Positions 1-13,430 of a DNA stretch of 64,000 nt are shown piece after piece. The position numbers and the translations under genes are program-made. How positions within the stretch are numbered: the stretch's first letter is position 1; each line of letters begins with the position of its first letter. The DNA is taken from the NCBI GenBank assembly GCA_052327205.1, contig CM126204.1:323268001-323332000 (forward strand), given 5' to 3'. The stretch comes from Somniosus microcephalus. Its lineage: Eukaryota. The notes under the pieces were generated by a model. It was not told where the DNA came from, made no database searches, and worked only from the letters and a program-made list of their open reading frames with translations.

Positions 1-107
1 CTGGTTTTCAGCACATGCGCTTCGCATGCCTGAAACCGGCATTTCCGATGTCCCTACGGGTGGGTACACAACTCGTACACACCCATAGGCATCGGAAAAT
101 ATGGGCC
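1..107. mobile_element. Right end of a Harbinger-like TIR element, cut by the window edge
   Basis: Ends GAAAATATGGGCC|aat, the same terminus style as other TIR elements here. Confidence 0.35.
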
Positions 108-1360
108 AATAAATACGATGGCAGCTATGGACTTAAGGTTACAGATATAAAGATAGATTCATCAATCCTATGCTTTTACGGTGTGGGGTTGCACTTGAAG
201 GGAGCATGGCATTACAGTGTTGTAACCCTATTTCTGGCCCAGTGCTCCTTTAATCTACTAAACCATTTATACCATTTAAACTGTAGATATTCTTTTGAAA
301 AGTTTGGAAAAATCAGTTCGAGTAGAAAAGTGTACATTAAAAAAAAATCAATTGGCATTATTTTAATCAATATAGTATGGATTCAAAATAACAAGAACCA
401 AGAAGGGTTAAAGAGGGTAGGGAGCAGGGATCGTGTTCAGGGAGCCATTGTGCTAAAGATTAGCCAGTATTGCCTGAATAACTGAATGGATTGAATGTTA
501 TCTATCATGGCACAAAGAGAGCCATTATTTAATAATTAATACTGAGGCCTTATTCTTCTGCTACTTGTGTAAGGATGAGTGTATCAGGAGACGAGACTTG
601 TCTTTTATTCGATAGCAACTATTATTTAGGCAAAGGCATCATTCCTTTTCATTTGTCACAAGTAGACAACAGTGTCAGCAGAGTTTATGATTTAGCTTTT
701 TTCACCAGATGATCAGCTGTAGCTTTAACTCCTTGCAGTCCGTGGCTATACATGTGATCTGAATGAAGTAAAGGTAAGAGAGGAATATTAGTGCTTCCCC
801 ACAGGGAAGGAGGCAGATTTGCAACCAACAGTTGCAAATGATGTGTCCAGCGGTTTTACTCCCACAAACCCACACCTCCCCCCCCATCTATGGGGACATG
901 CCTGGCCTCCATTTGTTTCCTTGATGGCTTGACTGAGATTGGAAAAGGCACAGTGTAGAGAAAAGCACACAAAATAGGAGAGAAACAACAAATGAAAAAT
1001 GTAAAAATGTCATTGGCTGTGTTTTTTCCCCATACATTGCATGTTACATAGTATAATGGTCCTGTCCTTATAAAGCAGCGTATCCTCCAATCCACCATCT
1101 CAAGGGAGATGCACTAGTGTCACAAAAAAGCACTGAATGATTTGGACCCTTATGGCTACAGATGTAATAAAACCTGAGGTCGTGTGCTGACCTGAGCTGT
1201 GTACATTGTGCTACGCTAGATGCATGGCTGAGAAGTTTATTTCTGTGCACAATGAAATAGGCTCTGTTGTTTTACCATATTTTCATTCTATACTGCAGTA
1301 TCATATGGTCAGCTGTCAGCAAAAAAGGTTTAACTGAGAAATTATACATTGTTTTACTAT

Positions 1361-1818
1361 AAAGAAAGACTTGCATTTATATCACGCCTTTCACGACCAC
1401 CGGACATCTCAAAGCACTTTGCAGCCAATTAAGTACTTTTGGAGTGTAGTCACTGTTGTAATGTTGGAAATACAGCAGCCAATTTGCACACAGCAAGCTC
1501 CCACAAACAGCAATGTGATAATGACCAGATAATCTGTTTTTGTTATGTTGATTGAGGGATAAATATTGGCCAGGACACCAGGGATAACTCCCCTGCTCTT
1601 CTTTGAAATAGTGCCATGGGATCTTTTACATCCACCTGAGAGAGCAGACGGGGCCTCGGTTTAACATCTCATCCGAAAGACAGCACCTCCGACAGTGCAG
1701 CACTCCCTCAGCACTGCACTGGAGTGTCAGCCTAGCTTTATGTGCTCAAGTCCCTGGAGTGGGACTTGAACCCACAACCTTCTGACTCAGGCGAGTGTGC
1801 TACCCACCGAGCCACAGC
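1361..1818 (-). mobile_element. SacSINE1-like DeuSINE, full length
   Basis: Minus strand shows a tRNA-like head (gctgtggctcggtgggtagcac...ggttcaagtccc), a Deu-like central domain and an L2-type tail ataaatgcaagtctttcttt. Confidence 0.8.
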
Positions 1819-3023
1819 ACATTGCTGTGTAGAAAATAATGAATCAGTGGGAGTATTCCTATTGAGGGGCATCAAATTATGTTACAACTCATAGGTTTGT
1901 GACCATCATCTGAACCCCTTATTGAGATACCGTGTAGGTATGATTTTTAAAAATAATCTGTTCCGTGAAACTCATGAGGGTCTTTTGTTCCACTTTGTTT
2001 GCTGACGGCAGAACTATCAGCAGCTGCTGTCACGACAGTAGTGGATGGGCGATGGAATTCATATGAGGATTAATGAATGTGATATAATCGCTGAAAGATT
2101 ATCAAGTGATCGAGTGATAATCAACCCTTGATTATTGGAAAACAACTCAGGAAATGGATATATATAATAAATTAATACTTTTAGGAATACTTCACAACTC
2201 AAACTGACAAATCTTTACTCAGTGGGTGTTAATGAGAATTTTACTGCTCAGCGACACGAGAATTCAGTGCAGTGAAATCAAACATGATAACTCACTGCCG
2301 CGGATGATAACTTAGCAAATTGATTCCACAATGCATTAAAACTTAAAAACAAATCACCAATGGAATAGACTATCGCACCAGTGAAGGCATGTTACCGACA
2401 TTGTTTCACTCATTGGAAAGATCTTCATAACTCATTCACAACCCATGGTGCTAGTTAGTTATTGATCTAGCAAACTTGTTACAGAAATTTTGGAATGCAC
2501 TTCTGCCGTTGCTCTAAGCTGCACAATATTTGAATTAATGTTAAACAGAAATTTAGTGGGTCCTTTTAAAAAAATCCAACCCTTATCTTACCTGCATCCA
2601 GGAGAGGTGCCTGGCAAAAGGGAATAAAATAATAGAGCACTAATTTTAAAGAACAAAAAAAATCAAACTGTTTTCAAGAATTATGGCTAAGAAATGTTTA
2701 TTTCTGTCTCTTTGTTATTTTTTTTGTAAAACAATTTTGGCACTTGAGTATTTATGAGGCAATTGGGAGATCTAACTTTGAGCAACTATCGGGTCTGATA
2801 CTGTGACAGAGTGCAATTTAACCTGAGTAGTGGAGACTAATGCACTGTATAATTTGGCTTCCTCATGCTGGGGGTAACATTCCTCATGCCAAAATGTTTT
2901 AATGAAATGTTGCAATGGTACAAAACTTGATTTCTCATTTTGTGCTCACACCAACTTTTTTGCTCGAATTGTCGACGAGAGGAATTTCACCCCCACTTTT
3001 GAGCTCAGTAGCTCTTCGAAATC

Positions 3024-3458
3024 TCAGCTTTGCTCAGTTGGTAGCACTTTTACCACTGAGACAGAAGGTTGTGGGTTCAAGTACCACTCCAGGACTTTGA
3101 AGACATAATCTAGGCTGATACTGCAGTGCAGTACTGAAGGAGTACATCACTATCGGATCCGTAATTCACCAAACTGGTTTGCATGCCTGTTATAGTGATT
3201 CCAATGAACATTTAAGATCCAGTGGGATTATTCAAAAGAGAACAAAAGATCATTTCTTCCTCAGCCAGCATTACCAAAGAGAGATTAACTCGTCACTTAT
3301 TTCATTGTTGTTTGTGGGATTTTGCTATGCACAAAATGGCTACTGTATTTGCCTATGCTACAACAGTCACTGCACTTTAAAGTAGTTCATAATTTGTGAA
3401 TTATTTTGAGATATTTCTGAGAGCTGTGATAAGGCACTATATAAATTTAAATCTTTCT
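3024..3458 (+). mobile_element. Older SacSINE1-like DeuSINE
   Basis: tRNA-like head gctcagttggtagcac...ggttcaagtacc, body colinear with the 1361-1818 copy, tail atataaatttaaatctttct. Confidence 0.7.
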
Positions 3459-3544
3459 GTTTTTTGTTGTATGCCTTCACACAGATTCTTACCGTTACAT
3501 TAGCTCCTACTCCATCACATAATCCCTGACTGCCGCCCTACTAT

Positions 3545-3713
3545 GGGGTAGACTTTCGACTTGCCGTCCGGGCGTAAAACTGATGTTGCGATTGGCCGCC
3601 CAGTATAGAAACTGCCTAATTTTCATTTCCATTTCAATGAAATAAAAAGCGGGTAGTTTCTATAATGGGCGGCTGATCCATAACGCCGGGGCAGAAGGCT
3701 GAAAATCTACCCT
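3545..3713. mobile_element. Palindromic MITE, PIF/Harbinger-like
   Basis: TIR GGGGTAGACTTTC / GAAAATCTACCCT, 3-bp TSD tat/tat, internally self-complementary. Confidence 0.7.
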
Positions 3714-3844
3714 TATGTGACTCATTGCTGCTGCTTCACGATGTGACTCATCACTGTGGCTCCAGCTGCTCATTTGCATGACCCAAATCCCCCTCGGTTT
3801 CGGCTGTGTGAAGGCAGCAGGAGACTAGGGGAAAACCTACAAAA

Positions 3845-3897
3845 AAAATGCTGGCCTTGCCAGCGTCGCCCACATCCCGTGAATGAATTTTAAAAAA
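3845..3897 (+). mobile_element. LINE 3' tail fragment, same family as 51495-52921
   Basis: aaatgctggccttgccagcgtcgcccacatcccgtgaatgaattttaaaaa matches the tail at 52870-52921. Confidence 0.65.
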
Positions 3898-4604
3898 CTT
3901 GCAGGAAGAGGGAAATAGTTGGGATGCAAGGTATAACACAGATTGAATGTAGTACTGTAGGTAGAAATGGCATCAGATAGTTACGTTGCAAAAGAGGTAA
4001 CAGGTCATCAATCAAGGAGTTCTTTCTCTCCCAGTATTTGTACAGTCAGTATGGAGACGTGCTGCCTATAGACAAGTGTTACCACAGAAATATAGTCTGG
4101 CTCACTATGGACTGCTCAGACCCTTATTTCTGATGGAAATCAGCTCCACTTGTGTTATTATTAGCACTGTATATCGTTTGGAAAAATGCAATGTAATTCC
4201 TGCTCTGGCAATGATTGAGTAAATATGGCAGAGCTCAGAAATGCCTCTGTAGGTGCTGACAGGGTAATGGACAGTGAAGAGACACATATATTCATTTGTC
4301 ATGAGTGGCAACACCACTATTAAGAGCTGTGACAATTTTGAAGTTGGAACAGCTCTGAATCATATGCTTATGGCTGTTTTCTCTGCCATACTGAGAGAAA
4401 TTGAGGCCATCAAATGGAAATGAGAGAAGATAGCCACTTTTAAGTGAAAAAAACATCTGCCTTAGTACAGATACTGGACTCATTTCCTGTCACACTGTAG
4501 GTGTTGCATTACAATCCAACCAATCAGATTTTTCCTTGATTCCTACAGTGGTGCCTCTATTTGTGGAGTGCCCTACTCTCTGCATGCGGGATATTGGTGA
4601 GCTT

Positions 4605-4935
4605 TGAGCCCCTCCCTCCGAGATATCTGCGCTCCTCCAAATCTGGCTTGTTGCGCATCCCCGATTTTAATCGCTACACCATTGGTGGCCGTGCCTTCAG
4701 CTGCCAGGGCCCTAAGCTCTGGAATTCCCTCCCTAAAGCTCTCCGCCTTGCTACCTCTCTCTCCTTCTTTAAGACGCTTCTTAAAACCTACCTCTTTGAC
4801 CAAGCTTTTGGCCATGTGTCCTGATATCTCCATATGTGGCTCGGTGTCAAATTTTGTTTGCTAATGCTCCTGTGAAGCGCCTTGGGACATTTTACTACGT
4901 TAAAGGCACTATAGAAATGCAAGTTGTTGTTGTTG
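4605..4935 (+). mobile_element. L2-clade LINE 3' end
   Basis: ORF2 C-terminus GGRAFSCQGPKLWNSLPKALRLATSLSFFKTLLKTYLF, tail aaatgcaag(ttg)n. Confidence 0.85.
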
Positions 4936-5090
4936 CCATGTATGCATTTCTATTACATGAGGTAGATTTCAATGGAAAGAAAAATCGTACAGCCTGTATA
5001 ACGGGCGACCAATCCATTACCACCAGTTTTCCACCCAGCGGTATGTCTGTAATAGGGAACCCAAAATCTTAAAGTCAAGTTGGTCACACT

Positions 5091-5247
5091 GGGGGTAATT
5101 TTCACTTTCACTGCTTGGGCAGTAAGCTGGCAGAACGGATCGCCCGCCCGTTACAGAACTTTTAATTTCCATCAAGCGGGTTCTATATTTGGTAACTGAT
5201 CCCTCCTCCAGTTTACCATCCAAGCAGTGAAGGTGAAGATTGCCCCC
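5091..5247. mobile_element. Palindromic MITE related to 3545-3713
   Basis: About 40-bp imperfect TIRs: gggggtaattttcactttcactgcttgg / ccaagcagtgaaggtgaagattgccccc. Confidence 0.6.
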
Positions 5248-7262
5248 ATTGTGTTTTGTTCAGTTTAGGAGTACAGGGCATATTTGGTCAGATGTACAAT
5301 ATATATGAAGAATGCTACTTTCTTTGTTGTTCAATGTGTATTCCTCTCCATTGTCATTTGTGGGTTGGTGTGCATAGGAACAGGAGGAGACCATTCAGCC
5401 CCTCGAGTCTGTTCTGCCATTCAATTAGATGGCTGATCTGTATCTTGGCTCCACCTACTGCCATCAATGGTTGTGGTTTGCATCTATTTTTTGTTTTAAT
5501 ATTCATCTGTAATTTTCTGATGGTCTTGTGATGTGTATGTGTCCTTTAAAGCTGGTAGTGTAGGAATGCACATTTGTTTATTTACTTCACTTGACTCGTA
5601 ATGGATACACCTCTCAGGTAATGAATGCATTCACTCTGTGATGGCCTAGTTTGGGTGTGAGCAGTGGGATAGAGTTCAACCTCTACTGATCTAATAGTTG
5701 TAAATTTTACTTATCTAGTGGCAATATTCATCTGATTCCTTGGCAGTCTCGGCAAGGGAGGGGGTTGGTGGCCGGGAGAGAGGGGAGGAGAGGGCACTAA
5801 TCTCTTTATTTATTTGAATTTCTAATTTTGAGGAAACAAATTCTGGCACTTCTGAATCCAAATTCTCATCCCTGACCCACGGTTATACATTAAGCACATT
5901 CTTCAATGCGGTATTCGTATGATACTCATTCATAAATCATCCTTTGTAATTCCATATAAAGTCAGTCCAGCAGCATGCTGTGCATGTAAATTTTTAAAGA
6001 GTTTCATTGAAGATGACATTTTAAATTTGACCAATTTCTATAAAATCTTGCTTTAATGATAGTGTGTCATATTGGCAAAATAAGAGCTGAATGAATGTGA
6101 AATGGGAAAAAAATGAAGCAGTATGTTTGAAATGTAACACTGGGCTACATTTTCCTCTGTGATAAAGTTTAATGAAAAGGTAGATGTGAATAAGTAGGTG
6201 AGCAAGACTGGTAATGTAGTTTACTTCTGTTGTTTCTCTACTAAGATTCTAGCACTATGCTAAAATGTGTTTGTGTAAAATTGCCCATGAAAAAAGAAAT
6301 TGCTTGTTAAGGAATTTTAAGTCTTTGTTATAGGGCAATCAAGACAAACTTAAGTTTGGCTCATAGTGAGACAAATGCAGAGATTGGGCTCATTACCCAC
6401 ATGTGAGGTGGTTTTGTTAATGAGAGGAAAGATTGCAAAGATTCACCAGAGTACTGGCAGAAGCGAATATTGCACTGCTTCCATGTCCCCACTGTGGGTA
6501 TGGCTGTTGCCAGTTATTCCATAATGCAACGGGAGAGGGAAAACAAGAGATAAAAAATGTCTCACCACTCACAGAACTAACAACCCCAGGGGATGGGTAT
6601 ACCACAACGGACACAGCTCCTTGGACCTCCTGAGGACTATAGATGATGATTATATTCTGAAGCAATCAAATGTGCCACAGCTCTTTGATGAAGAAGGAAA
6701 AGTCGGAGGGCTGCTTTTTTTTGATGGAAAAATGGAGCATTGGATGCAAATATGCCTGATTTCTCTGCACAACCTCTGTACCCTAGCAGAGATCAGATGT
6801 AACAATGCACATGTGCGAACTAAGACCCTCATAGAGCAAACATGTAGGGTGCTAAACAAACAATTCAGATAGGTTAGGGAAGGAACCTTACAATATTCCA
6901 CAATGAAGGTGGGCAAAACTGTTGCAGTGTGCTGCATGACCGTATAGCCATGGATAAATCCTTCACCGTGGATTAGGTTAGGAGCAGCAAAAAGGCATTG
7001 AATACAGAAACCATCAGAAGCAGGTGACTTTGCACTACTCTTTCTGTGCATCAGCTCCAGTGTAACTTGAGCCAGTACAAGATTAAGAACATTAAGAACA
7101 GAATGCATCGTATAGTACATTTGCTGTCACATAAATGCATTGGTATATGGTGCATGCACTCAAGCAGCAATATATGGGACTTTAATGCCTGTGGTTTCCA
7201 ACCCCAATCCATGCAGCTGACGTGGAGACATAACTTCCAGATTGTTCTTCGAATGGGTTGGT

Positions 7263-7340
7263 ATAAGAACATAAGAAATTAGGAGCAGGAGTAGGCCATT
7301 CGGCCCCTTGAGCCTGCTCCGCCATTCAATAAGATCATGG
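7263..7340 (-). mobile_element. CR1 LINE 3' tail fragment
   Basis: Reverse complement of the tail of the 19563-21357 element. A similar fragment lies at about 5373-5445. Confidence 0.7.
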
Positions 7341-7480
7341 TATCTTACTAGTACACTGTCATTGCAGCTTTATGGTGTTAAAGTGAGTGAAATATTTTAG
7401 AAAAGATGGTTTTAGAAAGTTTTTCAATTGGGAAGCCTAGTAGGTTAAATATGCAATGCCGACCATCATTTATGGGAGAT

Positions 7481-7699
7481 AACAACAGAAAATGCTGGAA
7501 AAACTCAGCAGGCCAGGCAACATCCGTGGAGAGGGAAACCGAGTCAACGTTTCAGGTCGAAGATCCTTCGTCAGGATGAAGGGTCTTCGACCTGAATCGT
7601 TGACTCGGTTTCCCTCTCCACGGATGTTGCCTGGCCTGCTGAGTTTTTCCAGCATTTTCTGTTGTTATTTCGGATTTCCAGCATCCGCAGTATTTTGCT
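7481..7699. mobile_element. Palindromic Penelope-pLTR-like retro-insertion with hammerhead core
   Basis: 92-bp inverted arms (3 mismatches, 2-nt loop) plus a short tail. Perfect 16-bp TSD atcatttatgggagat at 7465-7480 and 7700-7715. Confidence 0.7.
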
Positions 7700-7934
7700 A
7701 TCATTTATGGGAGATTCATGAGACCATGGGCAGTTCAGATATACAAATAGTTTGTAGCTCAGCTGCTAAATACACTTCCTGGTATCTTAATCAGCCATAC
7801 AGACCAAGAGGCAGTTTGCTCAGTGTGTCAAGTTAAGGAAAAAACTTTAACTTATAGTCCCATTCTAAAGGTCCCCAGCTTTTGTAAATTAATTCTCCTT
7901 TAAATTTGAATATAGATTGTACGCATAAATATAG

Positions 7935-8310
7935 AGAATAAGGGGCAATTTGATAGTTGGTATTTAAAATTATGAAGGGTTGGGACAGAGTTGATTGAAA
8001 CAGTCACCAGTACTGAGGGCTCTAGAACAGAGGAAATAAGATTAAATGTGAGAGATTTAGGATCGAGAGCAGGAGAAACATTTCACATCGAGGGATGTGA
8101 GGCTGTGGAATGTACTGCTGGAGTTAGTGATTAAAGCACAGACCATGCCAACTTTTAAGAATAGGTTAGATAGGCGGTTGACAGAAAGAGGATAAAGGGA
8201 TATGGATACAGGGCTGGAACATGGGATTATGCTACTGCTTGAGTGGAGGGTAAACACCAAGGCGGACTGGTTGGGCCAAATGGCCTGCTTCCATGTTGTA
8301 ATTTCTATGT
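7935..8310 (+). mobile_element. Old CR1 LINE 3' end
   Basis: Degenerate match to the CR1 ORF2 end and 3' UTR (ggttgggccaaatggcctgcttccatgttgtaatttctatg). Confidence 0.7.
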
Positions 8311-9729
8311 GTGCAATGGTGTACGAATTCTATATTTCTAAGTAAAGCTAGAGTGTATGCACAATGCCATTAGTATCTTAAGAATCCTGTCTAATGCTCC
8401 TTGATCAGCATCTCCAGCAGAAGCAAGGGCGCATGTACTGGAGGTGCAAGGTGGAGAAGAGGCTGGATGAGAGGTTTTCTTCCTCCCCTAGTGAAGTCCT
8501 ATCTTGTACTGAGAATTGAAAAATGCAATTGTACTTAATGATGGATGGAAGCACCAATCAGGCAAAGGCAAGGCTCAAGAATCCATGTCTGTGCCTTCAA
8601 GTAAACATTTTTGTTGTTAATCAGATGCATCTACTGTAGTCCTGGGAATACAGTATTGTACTTGCAATGACAGTTGTGCTCCTGTCATCTGGAGGTGCAT
8701 TCTCCAAGTCAAGAAGACCGTGAACAGAGGAAGTACAGAGCGTTGGGGAGATGTAGAGGAAGGAGGATTAGCTTGTGATGTTCTCGTCTTTCTCTTCTGT
8801 GTGAGACTAAAAGTTGAAGTGGGTCTTTTCCATTTTGAAGTGTACAGCTGCTAATCCTACATGGTGCACATTAGATCATCATTACATTAAAAGGAGAGCA
8901 TCAATATCGTACAATTATTATAAATTCTTTTCAACTCTAAACAAATGAATGGATTTTAAGTTTTTACAAGTATTTTATTATGCCTACATTCTAATTGAAA
9001 TGATCACCAGCAACTTAGATGTTTCTTAATGTGTTTGCACTTTCCATATAAAGGATGCTACTCTCTAATACTTCTATAACAACAATATGTAGATGCCAGT
9101 TTCAAATATTGTCAAGCATTTCTGCAATATGATTTGAACATAAGAACAAATAAAATATGCAGAAAGATGTACAGTGTTCCCACATTACATCACACACCTT
9201 TCCAGTGCACCCACCATTAACGTCACAAAATGAGATTGAATGGATTTTGTCTTGTTTTGTTTACCCTGTCCCTCCCATACAGTGTCTTACTGAACGTTGA
9301 TAAAAATTAGAATATTGCAGACAAGTCTTGCTTCATGTATTTATCATTTGTTGCAATGTAATCAGCTATCAGATTTCTTCTGTGCATCATTTCATTAGGT
9401 TATTGCACCTGTGACATGCCCCTTCAACCTGCCTGTTTGGCATTTGTACAGGAGGGTAATTAAAAAAATTACATTTTGCGGCATCTCTTGCACACTCCTA
9501 GAAATTTAAAAAACTGCCGATTGCTTCTAAAGTATTGGGTAACTATAGTACCTAAAAAAAAACATTTCATTCGATTCATCAACTGAGCGAGTCAAAAATA
9601 CCAACCAACAGGTAGGAAACCCTAAAATATGCATCAGTAACGAAATCCACCCTGTTAGCATCACAGGCTATCCTTTCTTATAAGAAAGTGTAACATTAAG
9701 GATTAGTAAATTTACCAATGTGAATGGTT

Positions 9730-10570
9730 GCAGTAGGACGAGGACAGATTGTCCAGTTTGTTGCGTCTCTGTTCCTGCGCTTTGCTTGTCAGCTTTGCAG
9801 CCAGCTCATTTCAATTTGCCCTGTGGCCCTGCTGACACTGTGTGTATGCACAGAAAGTTAAATTCTCCTCTGATCAATAAAGAAGAAGTGTTCCTCCTGC
9901 CCAGTCGATATTTTTTTTATCTGTCTTCTGCCCCATTCTGCTGATGGCAGCTTTTGTGAGGAAAGTCACTCAAGGGCACCAGGCAAGGCTCAGCTACTTT
10001 TTTTTTCCCCTGCTAAAAGTTAACAGATTTGGCCTTTTGCTAATAACAGCTTTATGATTTATCTCTATTTTAATTGGAAAATTTGTGAATTAATTGATTT
10101 TTCTTACTTTCCAATTAACATTGTAATTGCCTGTGTAATAAATTCTTCGGCACCCTACAAATGAGGGTTGACATGAAGATTGAGGGGGACATTGGAAGGC
10201 TGCATGACACACCCTGTGATCTAAAAACACTAATAAAGTATGTTATTTTAACATATCCCTGGGTGAGCTTCCAGGCATAAATTCACAGCTGTGAGGTTAC
10301 AGGAACTGACACTATTAAGTGCTTTGACAGAAAGTTCTGACAGGCCTCCTCATGGGCTGACCTGATTGATCTATAGCTCTGTCCATTGACAGCCTCAGGA
10401 AAGCCAAGCCAAGAGGGAGAAGAGATCAGCTTCCTGGTGCAGGAACTGACTTGCAAGGACTTGGGGCAGCTGTAAACAAGTGGCAGGGCAGAGCAGGGCT
10501 ACACTGTGGGTATAATGTACAGGGGCTGTGTGAGTCTTTATCTAACACATTATGGTCATTTATTTTCGAA
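9730..10570. promoter_or_regulatory. CNE/enhancer-like intronic block
   Basis: Repeat-free and TAAT-rich. TGACAG at 10325, 10338 and 10387 surround TGATTGAT at 10363. Confidence 0.45.
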
Positions 10571-11349
10571 TTGTCAGGGCCAGGTTAGTCGTTTTACAGT
10601 GAGGCGTATTCCCAAAATTTAAAATAAATATGTCTTCCTTGCCTGGTTTTATTTTTAGAATTAATTTTCTCTCTGTGTTATCAAATTAACCCTTTCCTGT
10701 CTACAGCAGAACAGAAACGAAATTCTCAAACGGGCCAATTTCTTTCAATTTAAAAAAAGTTAAATGTATATAGAATACTAAATCGTGAAATACATTGAGC
10801 CCACAAAGTGATGCGCAATGTATTCTGGACATAATCTGTTTACACTTTCAGAAGGTATCCCTTATCTTTTTGTGCAATGTTTTATAAAGAATATTTCCAG
10901 TTCTATGTGTCTGCCTACACAGAATTAATAAACACAGATTTTAAGCGTAAAATTATATTTTATTTTTTAATAATCCACATTCTTCCTAGTTTCAAGTGTT
11001 AACATTTTTTAAAAACTTCGATTTTTTTTTTACCAATCCTTTGTAGATTATGGAGGTTTTCAAATTATATTGGTGGGAGTGTTTCTGACAGTGTTGGAAG
11101 CATTTCTGATGTCATTATCATGATACTTGTGGTGCATTCCATTAGCTGCACAATTAGCAAAGAGGAAACTTTCAATTGAGCGTTTGGATGATTGCAGCTG
11201 CAGTTTTTTGAATAATTCTAAGCAGAAGAAATGTTCCTGATGTCTGAATATGACTTCACAAACAAGGATTTCAACACTAAAATAACAAAAGAGATATATA
11301 AATATACTATGAGAAATGTACCAAGTTATCATTTTCTAATACTCTGAAA

Positions 11350-11516
11350 CAATGCTCCCTGTAAGCTGCGCTTTGTTCTACGTGGCCTTTTTCTTTAAAT
11401 GTGCGGTCCCTTTAAATTTATACGCCTGCGTGGTATTTACAATGGAAAAGCCGGTGAGCGGCCTGCGCGGGACCTTTCCCATTACTGTGCGGTCGCACAG
11501 CTTCAAGGGAACATTG
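11350..11516. mobile_element. hAT-type MITE
   Basis: TIR caatgctccctgtaagctg / cagcttcaagggaacattg, degenerate 8-bp TSD ctctgaaa/ttcagaaa. Confidence 0.7.
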
Positions 11517-12491
11517 TTCAGAAATAACATTTGAAAACATGAATAGGGACATAAAATATATTAGCAGTTATTTTCTGGATCTCGTGCCCTAAATCTCTTC
11601 AGCTTTATGGCTTTTGACTTGCATCCCAGCCTAAACATGAGTTCGCTTCACTTTAGATATTTACACATTGTGTTATGTTCCACACATTTTTTTTTTACAT
11701 TTATGAAAGGCCCAAGCAAACTATGAAAACCTAATTGCAATACGACACCATTAGCTTTTTAAAAAAAAAAAAAATTGCCTAGACTGCAATTATCTTCCAT
11801 CGTGAGATGTAGTGCCCCCTGATGCATGTGTCAGTAAGAAAGGTTAGAGTTTCCAACACATTCTTCTCTTCCCCACGTTATTCCATTGACTAACAAGTAA
11901 TGAGTGAGAGGGCAAGAAAAATGTAACTTGGTGGCTGGATGATTTTCCCTCCAGGCTTCATATGTTCTATAACCTTTCCAAGAAAGCTGTTGATATTCAG
12001 TAAGAAGTGTGATACCAGTGTCTCTTAATTAATTCAATTTGTTCAGCACTGTGTTCTACTGTATTCTGACTAAGAGCTGCCATCATGTTTTAGTTTTAAT
12101 AGTAATTGCGCAGGTATAGAATGATCAGTAAAATAATAATTGATTATTGACTAAGATGCCATATTGGATTTAAGGCCAAATTGCAGATATTCCTAAAATC
12201 CATCTGTCTAGGCTTCTAAAAGCTGTATCTTGGTTAACAGAACACATCCTGTTTTCTCTAATCTGAATTCAACCTGATACTTATGTTACTATTTTTTAAG
12301 AGGACAGGAAGAGCAATTTTGATTGGTTTAGGGATTTGCTTATGTAGGGAGACTTCCACTGGTATTTTGTATGAGAAAATTGAATATAAAGTCCTGTTAC
12401 CCACAAAGACTATTTTTCCTACCCTCTCAAGCTCCATTTTTTTATGGGTGGAAGCAAGCTGTGTGTATTCTGGTGCTATCACAGAGATAGT

Positions 12492-13430
12492 GGCCTAGAA
12501 ATTCCCCATAGTAGCGCCGGCCATTAATGCCGGTTTTCTTGAAAAAATGGCGTCCGCCATTTTGGAGAGGTCAGCAGCGCCTCCGTTGCCTGCGCTCGCC
12601 TCTCCAATGTAAATGTGCAGATCATGACGTCAGTCGGCGCTATAACGCCCTCTCCTAACCACGCATGGAAGAACGTGCGTGCAGCAGTTGTACAGAGATG
12701 CGGTCAGCCCTTCTTAAAGGGACACCCACATCTTTCGGGTAAGTTTCTAATTCAGCTTTTGGACTTTAAAAAAATATTTTATTGAAGTAGTGGCTTGGTG
12801 CAATACATTTAGAACGTTGTTAAAGTGTGCAGGGAGTGCTGCTGGATGCTTGCAAGGTTTTGGATATTAAAGCCTCTGAGAAGACCAGTTGCTCCCAGTC
12901 CTGGGGGCTCTAGTTGCAGTCCCCCTTGGGCTCCAACATCAAATGGAGATGAAGCAGAGACAGCAAAGGGGGCAAGCTGCTCGCAGAGGGAAGAGGAGGA
13001 AGCAGAAGAGTAAGAAGCAGAAGGAAGGAGGCAACCCAGACAGCCCCTTTCTGGCCGTTATCGAATCATCTGCCTGCGGTACCGGTGAACACAACCCCAA
13101 TTCCCCTTTCAACGTTTGTCCCACACCTTACCTTTCCTCTGTTACTGACCATCACAGCGTCCTCTCGGTCACAATGCTGAAATAAAAGCCACCACAAAGC
13201 AAACTTTCCAGTCCAACTTTATCCATATATACATGCAATAATACATCAAGAAATCAACTTATTACCCATATGCATTCTCTTAGTGAATGTCTTGTGTGTG
13301 CCTTTGCCTATCCTACAGATGTCACACAGTGCTACCCCAGTGGCTGCAGCATGGCTGGTGGAAGGCTGCTGACTTTCAGTGGGAGGCACTGCAGATGGCT
13401 TTGCAGTACAACCTCGAGGAGCTGGTAGCT
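12492..13430 (+). mobile_element. Internally deleted PIF/Harbinger transposon
   Basis: Left terminus GGCCTAGAAATTCC. GALVAVPLGLQHQ...QAARRGKRR resembles a shark Harbinger transposase N-terminus (recalled), fused to an acidic C-terminal remnant. Confidence 0.5.

Noticed and set aside
15-485. 156-aa ORF at the window start (and 6650-7120 on the minus strand)
   Set aside because: No recognisable homology or exon structure; the first begins within a repeat end.
7470-7836. Two opposite-strand ORFs with identical N-termini
   Set aside because: A consequence of the palindrome, not genes.
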